64,000 nt of DNA from contig JANRKP010000007.1 of assembly GCA_033763415.1 (NCBI GenBank), positions 9,046 to 73,045 of the forward strand. The letters run 5' to 3'. Numbering within the stretch: position 1 is the first letter of the stretch; each line of letters opens with the position of its first letter. The translations under genes were made by a program, and so were the position numbers. Positions 58,237 to 64,000 of this stretch are shown in pieces. A model generated the notes under the pieces. The model was not told the origin of the DNA. It saw only the letters and a program-made list of their open reading frames with translations, and searched no databases. This stretch comes from Candidatus Melainabacteria bacterium (lineage in GTDB: Bacteria; Cyanobacteriota; Vampirovibrionia; Vampirovibrionales; JAJTHC01).

Positions 58237-61200
58237 ACGCGCACGATTGGCAAATCTGGCCGGGTTTCGCCGTTAGCTGCGGCTGCTGAACCAACGGCTG
58301 CCAAAAAAAAGTGTTCAAGTCCTGCATGATGGTGGGCAAACCTGCCTCCAATCGGGCGGAATCCAGCGAAATGGCGACAGCGCCCTGTTCAGGATCATCG
58401 GCAAAGGCGGGCCGAACCACCTGAAGACAAACCCCGGCCAGTTCGCCCGTAGGAAGCGTTACTGTTGGTGAATCCAACGCCGCTTGGGAAGCATTTGCTG
58501 TTTGCTGCCGCATTTGCTGTTGCAACAGCGCGTAATACAGCGGGAGCTGATAGTGACCTTTTTCAAACCGCAGTTGCGGCTGGGCGGTTTCCTGTTCTCC
58601 CAGGACGGACGCCAACTGTTTGGCCCGCCTGTCTGGATCCTTGGGCTTCCACTCGGAAGGACCATAAAATTTATAATCAATCAAGGTCCAACGGTTCTGT
58701 TCATCAGCCGTCAGCGCATCTACACGCCCTTGCCACAACACCCCCGGCAAGTCCGGCAGTTGAAGGTCCTGAAAGCCATATTCCGAAAAAACCATGGTCG
58801 GCGGATGCCGAAAAAACCCTTTGTGGGCCAAGTCGTGACAGGCCGCCGTCACACGCTGCGTTAACTCCACACGCTCCAGGGGAGACAGTAGCAGCCAGTC
58901 ATCCAGTGTGGCTTCCGAATAGCCTAAGGCCATTGCCGCCTCACGCGCCACCAGAGATTCCGCCGACTGGCTGAGTACGCTGACGGTTTGCTGCAACTGC
59001 TCTGGCGTGTAATAGGTAGGTACACACCCTTGGGCCACGTACTGCCGGTTAAACACTTCCAAAATACTGTGCACCAATTTTCCCAGTGTGGCGGCAGAGG
59101 CCGAAGGCTGGGGCAGGGATAACAACCGGCTGTAATAAAACTGCCTGGGGCATTGCTGAAAAGACGAAAGCCCGCTCGCACTGAGTGACAAGATTTCTGC
59201 TTCGGGCCAGCAGGCCATCGGTTTTACCGAAGACCGCGCCAGACTTCCCCAGGCAGTGCCCGTCGCGCGATAGACATTCTCCTGAAAGGAGGCCGAAGCC
59301 ACAGGGGACTGGAAGCGCTTTTGACAGAACAACATGGCACAAGCCAACACGGTACCGGGCGGGTCGGCTTCAGCTTCCGGCCAGGTGGAAGACAACGAGG
59401 AGGCAGCCAGCCCCATCCTCTCCGCGTCACAAGGGCAAAGGGCTGGCGTTCTCCAAGCATCCTGAGACTGAAGCCCAAGCCCATGAACTGCTTGCCATAA
59501 CTGCCGATACGCCGGACTAACGAAAACCGGCTGATTTCTATCATCCAGTCGGCTAACCGTGAGTAAGCAAGCTTTTTTAGCCAGCGCAACGCCCGCCGCA
59601 AGCCCCACCGATAGCGCAATGGCCGAATCTTTTTCCAACGGCGTCTCCACCGAAGATTCCGGGTTGGGCAAAGGCGGCTGGCTTAGGCCAACCAGGGCAA
59701 CCGCATCAAACGTTAAGCCACGGGCGGCCTCCAGGGGTAACACCTGAAGAACTTCCCGGCTGATTTCCAACGGATGCTTGGAATGGAGAGACACTTCCGT
59801 GGGCCACAATGCATCTATTTGCCCGTCCAACAACGACAGGGGCATCGGTTGCTCAAAAGCCTGCCAGTAGAGCTGTTCTTGTTCGGTCAAGCGGTCTAAA
59901 AACCGCGCAATAACGGAAAGCCTTTTCGTGTGCACAGGGGGCAAACCGGCTTGAATTGCCTCCGTGGTTGCTTCCATATGAAAACACCCGGCCCACCCAA
60001 GCACCCGCCACAACGTGGGCTGCCAGGGCCCTTGCTGCAAGCAGGCATCGCACAGGCAGGCCATTAAGCTTTCCAGCGCCGTTTGCAACCGTTTGGGCCC
60101 TGTCTGCTCAGGGGCCGATTGCCAGGCACGGGCCAGTGACGTGCCCAACCATTCGTTAAACCGTTCGGACTGTTGAGCCACTTTTTGCAACCAGCGGCGC
60201 AAGGTCGGCATCGAGTGGGCCGAAAAACGACTATCGCGAGAGGCGGCGGCCCCTTCTAAAAAAGCCAGCAACAGCCACAGCAACGAGCGGTTCACCAAAG
60301 ACAGATCCGCCTGAGGGAAAGGAGGAGGATTATCGTGCTGAAAGTACCCTTGCCTAACGGCATCCACAGACGAGGTGGGCAATGAATGCAGCCATTGCAA
60401 GAGGTACACCGCATGGTGCAACAGGCTATTGATTTTGTGTTCCGGTTTTTGCCCATAAGACCCAGCAGACGCCGACTCCGCCACAAATGGAGCTTCGCCC
60501 ACCGGAAGACCCCGCTGCAAAAGTCCGCGCTGACAAAGCGCCTGTTGCCAGCGCCTTGCCTGAGCCAGCGTTGGGGTTAGCACTGCAACGGCAGGCAAAA
60601 GTGCTGCATCGTCTGCCACATTTTTCACCCAGTGTGCCTTCAACCAGTCGGCCACTGCATCATACTCCTGGGCAGGGGTTTCCAAGTAGCCAAAGGAGAA
60701 AAACGTGCGCAGGTCCTCGTCTTCCAGAAAAAGCGCATCTTCTGTCTGTGGGTTCGTGTCGTCTGGGGCTGGCTTGTTTTCTGGCCGCGCCGCGCGAGAC
60801 GCCGCCAGCAGCGCCTGAAAATCCGACCGTGTTTCTGCATTCCACCGAAGGGGAGAGCGCCAGTTCGCCACCGGCCGTTCCGTCCAGGGAAGTCGCGGGG
60901 CGTTCCAGGTGGAAAATTCACTTTCAACGCAATCGTTGCCCGCCATAATCCAACGCGTCTTGCCGTGCTGCGTCAGGGCTTGCATCAGCGCTAGGGCCTC
61001 TGCGGACCACTCGTGGGCGTCATCTATTAAAACGGCCTGCCATGGCAGGTTAGACCAAGGCAAATTGGAAGAAGGCAAACGCGAATTCAGACAATGGGCG
61101 TACAAGGTCGGTAACACCATGGCGGGCATTAACAGGCCTTTCTCCACAGTGGCCGCCTGCCACTGGCTAACCAGTTTTTCTAACCAGCCACTTTGTGCCA

Positions 61201-62023
61201 TTAACGCCGGAGACGACCCCGCCCATTGCCACAAAGCGTCCTGCGACGGCACCAGGCCCCCACCAGCTTTTGTGGGCGCGGCCAAACACTGGTACAAACG
61301 CTCCACAAAGCCCTCGTTCTCTAACACCGGTCGCAACCGATCATCTGGGACAGGGTATTGTTGCAGCAAAGATTGAAGCAATAACCGCGCCCCACGAGGA
61401 CGCAACACACGGTACTTGCCACCAGCCGATTTAAAATGCGCTTCCGGCTGATTTTCAGCCGCTTTGGCCTTTACCTGTGGCTTTACCTCGGCAGGCTGCG
61501 CGCTGGGCGCAACCCCGGGCAGCCAATCGAGCAACGCAATCCACAGCGCCTCCTGGGTATAGACCCCCGAAGCCAGTGGCGATTCCAACGCGTTGGTGGA
61601 GTCGTTTTGGCTTTGCACGGCAGAGGGCCAACATTCGGCCAGCCAGGCACGCATTTGACTTTGCTGCAAGGGTGTTTGAACCACCAGGCAGATAGATTCC
61701 GGCGCAAGGCCGTCTTCTACCACCAGGCGGGTGGCCTCTTGGGCTAAAAATCGGCTTTTACCACATCCAAACGGACCGGCTATTTTTAATCGCAGGTTTT
61801 CTGAGCGATCCTGAGCAGCAGGGGGGTCAGCACCCTGCCATGGAACTGGAGAGCAGACATCCCCCGCAGATTGTTCCGTCATAATGGCTCCGTCTGGCCT
61901 GTTTTCACTCCGTGTACGGCCACCCACTACCGGAGGACTGGCTTCTCTGGCTTTTAATGGGGGGGGCCGGCCTGGTTTTGCAAGTATTGGTTTTGCAAGT
62001 ACCAGGGTATCAGTAACAGACAT
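58157..62023 (-). CDS. Partner helicase-nuclease subunit (AddB/AdnA-like) with degenerate Walker A and a C-terminal nuclease with a Cys cluster.
   Basis: IAGPFGCGKSRFL P-loop-like motif and a C-terminal ...CQSCAYAQVC. 1288 aa. Its 3' end overlaps the start of the AddA-like gene by ~80 nt. Confidence 0.7.
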   Translation of the reverse strand: MSVTDTLVLAKPILAKPGRPPPLKAREASPPVVGGRTRSENRPDGAIMTEQSAGDVCSPVPWQGADPPAAQDRSENLRLKIAGPFGCGKSRFLAQEATRLVVEDGLAPESICLVVQTPLQQSQMRAWLAECWPSAVQSQNDSTNALESPLASGVYTQEALWIALLDWLPGVAPSAQPAEVKPQVKAKAAENQPEAHFKSAGGKYRVLRPRGARLLLQSLLQQYPVPDDRLRPVLENEGFVERLYQCLAAPTKAGGGLVPSQDALWQWAGSSPALMAQSGWLEKLVSQWQAATVEKGLLMPAMVLPTLYAHCLNSRLPSSNLPWSNLPWQAVLIDDAHEWSAEALALMQALTQHGKTRWIMAGNDCVESEFSTWNAPRLPWTERPVANWRSPLRWNAETRSDFQALLAASRAARPENKPAPDDTNPQTEDALFLEDEDLRTFFSFGYLETPAQEYDAVADWLKAHWVKNVADDAALLPAVAVLTPTLAQARRWQQALCQRGLLQRGLPVGEAPFVAESASAGSYGQKPEHKINSLLHHAVYLLQWLHSLPTSSVDAVRQGYFQHDNPPPFPQADLSLVNRSLLWLLLAFLEGAAASRDSRFSAHSMPTLRRWLQKVAQQSERFNEWLGTSLARAWQSAPEQTGPKRLQTALESLMACLCDACLQQGPWQPTLWRVLGWAGCFHMEATTEAIQAGLPPVHTKRLSVIARFLDRLTEQEQLYWQAFEQPMPLSLLDGQIDALWPTEVSLHSKHPLEISREVLQVLPLEAARGLTFDAVALVGLSQPPLPNPESSVETPLEKDSAIALSVGLAAGVALAKKACLLTVSRLDDRNQPVFVSPAYRQLWQAVHGLGLQSQDAWRTPALCPCDAERMGLAASSLSSTWPEAEADPPGTVLACAMLFCQKRFQSPVASASFQENVYRATGTAWGSLARSSVKPMACWPEAEILSLSASGLSSFQQCPRQFYYSRLLSLPQPSASAATLGKLVHSILEVFNRQYVAQGCVPTYYTPEQLQQTVSVLSQSAESLVAREAAMALGYSEATLDDWLLLSPLERVELTQRVTAACHDLAHKGFFRHPPTMVFSEYGFQDLQLPDLPGVLWQGRVDALTADEQNRWTLIDYKFYGPSEWKPKDPDRRAKQLASVLGEQETAQPQLRFEKGHYQLPLYYALLQQQMRQQTANASQAALDSPTVTLPTGELAGVCLQVVRPAFADDPEQGAVAISLDSARLEAGLPTIMQDLNTFFWQPLVQQPQLTAKPGQICQSCAYAQVCEASVADDLEDLASDGEVVANE

Positions 62024-62402
62024 TTTGAAAAATAGTCGCCCACAAACAACCGACGAACACTAAGTACAGACAGAAAGCAGAGCCCCAGAGACGCCGCACA
62101 ACGCCAACGGCGTTAGCAACCCTGTTGGCGAAAGGCTTGACCAAACGGTCAACCAATACGCCTCGCTCGGCTATTTGACCCAACCCCTCACTCTGCCCCA
62201 TAATGCAAAACAGCACATGTGCATGCGCTAGGCGTGGTTTTTTATAAACCATCGTGTACAAACGTAGTTTACGTTTTCCAAACGTGCTGGTATCAGACGC
62301 CTGTCTTTCGGTGTATTCGGCTTTTACGGAATGAACGCTCCACTTCCCTCCTCACAGCTCTCTGCCGTTGACAACAACCCAAGCGTGTCAACCGAAGAAA
62401 CC

Positions 62403-63446
62403 ATGGGTGCGCAACCGCCAGCCAACCTGCCCCTTACGCTGGAGGATTGCTATAAGCCAATCCTACCTGGGCTGGAGGCGCTAAAAAATTGCCTGGAACA
62501 GCTAGCCCGGCCCGACTCCGTTTTGTTAATTCAGGCGTTGGACGCCTCGTTATCCACGGAAGGCAAGCTGTTACGCCCCGCCCTAAGCCTGCTGATTGGC
62601 CAAATGCTCGGCATTCCCCAAGATCGGCTGGTGCCCGTTGCCGCCGTCAGTGAAATGATCCACGTGGCCACCCTGCTCCACGATGACGTATTGGATGAGG
62701 CCGATCTCCGCCGAGGACAACCCACCGTTCGGCAGCACTTGGGCAATACCATTTCCATTTTGGCCGGAGATTATTTGCTGGCTCAAGCCAGCTTAAAATT
62801 GGCGGAAATTGGCAACATTGCCGTGGTTGGTCTGTTTTCTCAGGTACTGGCGGATCTTTGCGACGGCGAGGTTGAGCAGATTCGTAGCAGCTACCGAATG
62901 GATGGCTCCTTGGAAACCGCTTGGAAACACTACTTTAAGAAAACCATTTGCAAAACGGCCAGCTTGTACGCCGCCGCCTGCAAGGCGCCCGCGTTGCTAA
63001 TCCAGGCATCCAGCGACCAGCAAGAGGCGCTCGGGGTGTTTGGTCACCACTTTGGAATTGCGTTCCAGATTGTGGACGACTTGCTAGACTACACATCCAC
63101 CACTCAACACCTGGGTAAGCCGGTATTGGATGATCTTCGCAACGGATTGTTAAACGCCCCGGTGCTTTTGGCGCTGGAAGCCGCCGCCAACCAAAATAAC
63201 TCCACACTCAAAGCCAATATTGAAGGCATGTTTCGGCGTCTGAAAGCAGGACAAGCCCCCCAAGAGGAAGAACTGCTCCACATTCGGCAAGAGATGGTTG
63301 CCCTGGGCGCCATTGAACAAACCAAACAACTGGCGCAGCATCACTGTCATCAGGCAACCCACGCGCTGGGCCATTGGCCGGAAGTGTCTGCAGAAAAACA
63401 GTCTTTACAAGCGCTGGTGCATTTGCTGGTAAGCCGTAGCCATTAG
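62403..63446 (+). CDS. Trans-polyprenyl diphosphate synthase (solanesyl/octaprenyl-type).
   Basis: FARM LLHDDVLDEADLRRGQPT and SARM FQIVDDLLDYT motifs. The track ORF starts at 62331; the internal Met is chosen. Confidence 0.85.
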   Translation: MGAQPPANLPLTLEDCYKPILPGLEALKNCLEQLARPDSVLLIQALDASLSTEGKLLRPALSLLIGQMLGIPQDRLVPVAAVSEMIHVATLLHDDVLDEADLRRGQPTVRQHLGNTISILAGDYLLAQASLKLAEIGNIAVVGLFSQVLADLCDGEVEQIRSSYRMDGSLETAWKHYFKKTICKTASLYAAACKAPALLIQASSDQQEALGVFGHHFGIAFQIVDDLLDYTSTTQHLGKPVLDDLRNGLLNAPVLLALEAAANQNNSTLKANIEGMFRRLKAGQAPQEEELLHIRQEMVALGAIEQTKQLAQHHCHQATHALGHWPEVSAEKQSLQALVHLLVSRSH

Positions 63447-63656
63447 AAAGCCCGGCAACGGCTCCTCTGAACAGAGGAACGGATAGCGGAAAAATCAACA
63501 ACAAGATTCAATATTCAGTCTCCCTGGCCGACACAAGCTAATAGACAGACGTTTGATTTAGCAAGCAGATTGCCGCGCCGTACAAAGGGTTGCACGCAAA
63601 GGGTTGCGCCCCCAATGCAACGGCTCGTAAGCAGGGAGAATGAGGTTGTTGCCGGA

Positions 63657-64000
63657 ATGACGCATTCATCATACTCGTACCACAGTGGCCACGAAGCCAA
63701 CTCCTCCGCAGAGCCGCTAGGCAACATGGAACCAGAAGGACTGCCAGGCTTTGAAAAAAGCGCCATGATGCCGGTGCGCGTTAGCATTGTTACCGCCGAT
63801 CATGAAATTCAGGGCGTGGTCTATGTCTCTCGGAACACCCGAGAAGATCGTCGGCTCACCGAACTGCTCAGCGACCCCGACCGACGCTTTTTAGCCATTA
63901 CCGACGCCGAGCTTATCAGTCGACATGTGCCCAGTTCCGTTAGGCACTACGCGTTTTTACAAATCCACATTGATACGATTATGATGCTGCACCCGGCCAC
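63657..64000 (+). CDS. Hypothetical protein, 3'-partial (runs off the window end).
   Basis: Open frame from the ATG at ~63657 (MTHSSYSY...VRVSIVTADHEIQGVVYVSRNTREDRRLTELL...) to the window edge. The true start may be a downstream Met. Confidence 0.3.
   Translation, partial: MTHSSYSYHSGHEANSSAEPLGNMEPEGLPGFEKSAMMPVRVSIVTADHEIQGVVYVSRNTREDRRLTELLSDPDRRFLAITDAELISRHVPSSVRHYAFLQIHIDTIMMLHPA

Overview
The window is a 64 kb, GC-rich bacterial chromosomal segment with strong GGAGG-type Shine-Dalgarno sites. Most of it is densely packed housekeeping genes. The lineage cannot be determined; the gene content would fit Chloroflexota- or Cyanobacteria-like lineages. Most ORFs in the six-frame track that lie antisense to these genes are shadow ORFs of high-GC DNA.

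Housekeeping and regulatory genes, in order:
- a partial class A PBP at the 5' edge, on the minus strand;
- a plus-strand run of mrp/apbC, threonine dehydratase, ferredoxin and a DUF255 thioredoxin-domain protein;
- glyS followed by a second class A PBP, then tRNA-Leu(CAA);
- two NarL/LuxR-type response regulator plus histidine kinase pairs, one of them with a hybrid kinase;
- gmk, ruvX, the 2-oxoacid:ferredoxin oxidoreductase korAB, a REC-PP2C phosphatase, a metallophosphoesterase and a GntR regulator;
- a pentapeptide-repeat protein, serS, pilT, an AMIN-domain amidase and murI;
- an alpha/beta hydrolase with a long Pro/Ala/Lys-rich tail;
- a very large AddAB/AdnAB-like helicase-nuclease pair;
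- a polyprenyl diphosphate synthase.

The standout system is a microviridin-like graspetide (omega-ester/amide RiPP) locus at about 26.9-31.5 kb:
- A 373-aa minus-strand precursor carries seven tandem core-like units of the type T-x-K-Y-P-S-D-S-E-E-G-G, the KYPSD motif diagnostic of microviridins. The units are encoded by near-identical 93-bp DNA repeats and are followed by an unusual 130-aa acidic C-terminal tail.
- Transcribed divergently from it are three translationally coupled paralogous ATP-grasp ligases (MdnB/MdnC-like), the third more diverged.
- No GNAT, ABC-transporter or protease gene is evident nearby.
- A 560-aa protein of unknown function lies co-directionally between the precursor and ruvX.

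Secondary items are a hypothetical three-gene cluster at 11.2-14.9 kb, several long low-coding A/C-rich regions, and a few palindromes and direct repeats in promoter regions. The cluster has an Asn/Gly-rich, curlin-like beta-solenoid repeat protein, strong ribosome-binding sites, and a telomere-like TAGGGTT/TAGGGTC heptamer array in its divergent promoter.

Coordinates read directly from the text may be off by 1-2 nt near homopolymer runs. Start codons are inferred from RBS and homology logic and are less certain than stops.
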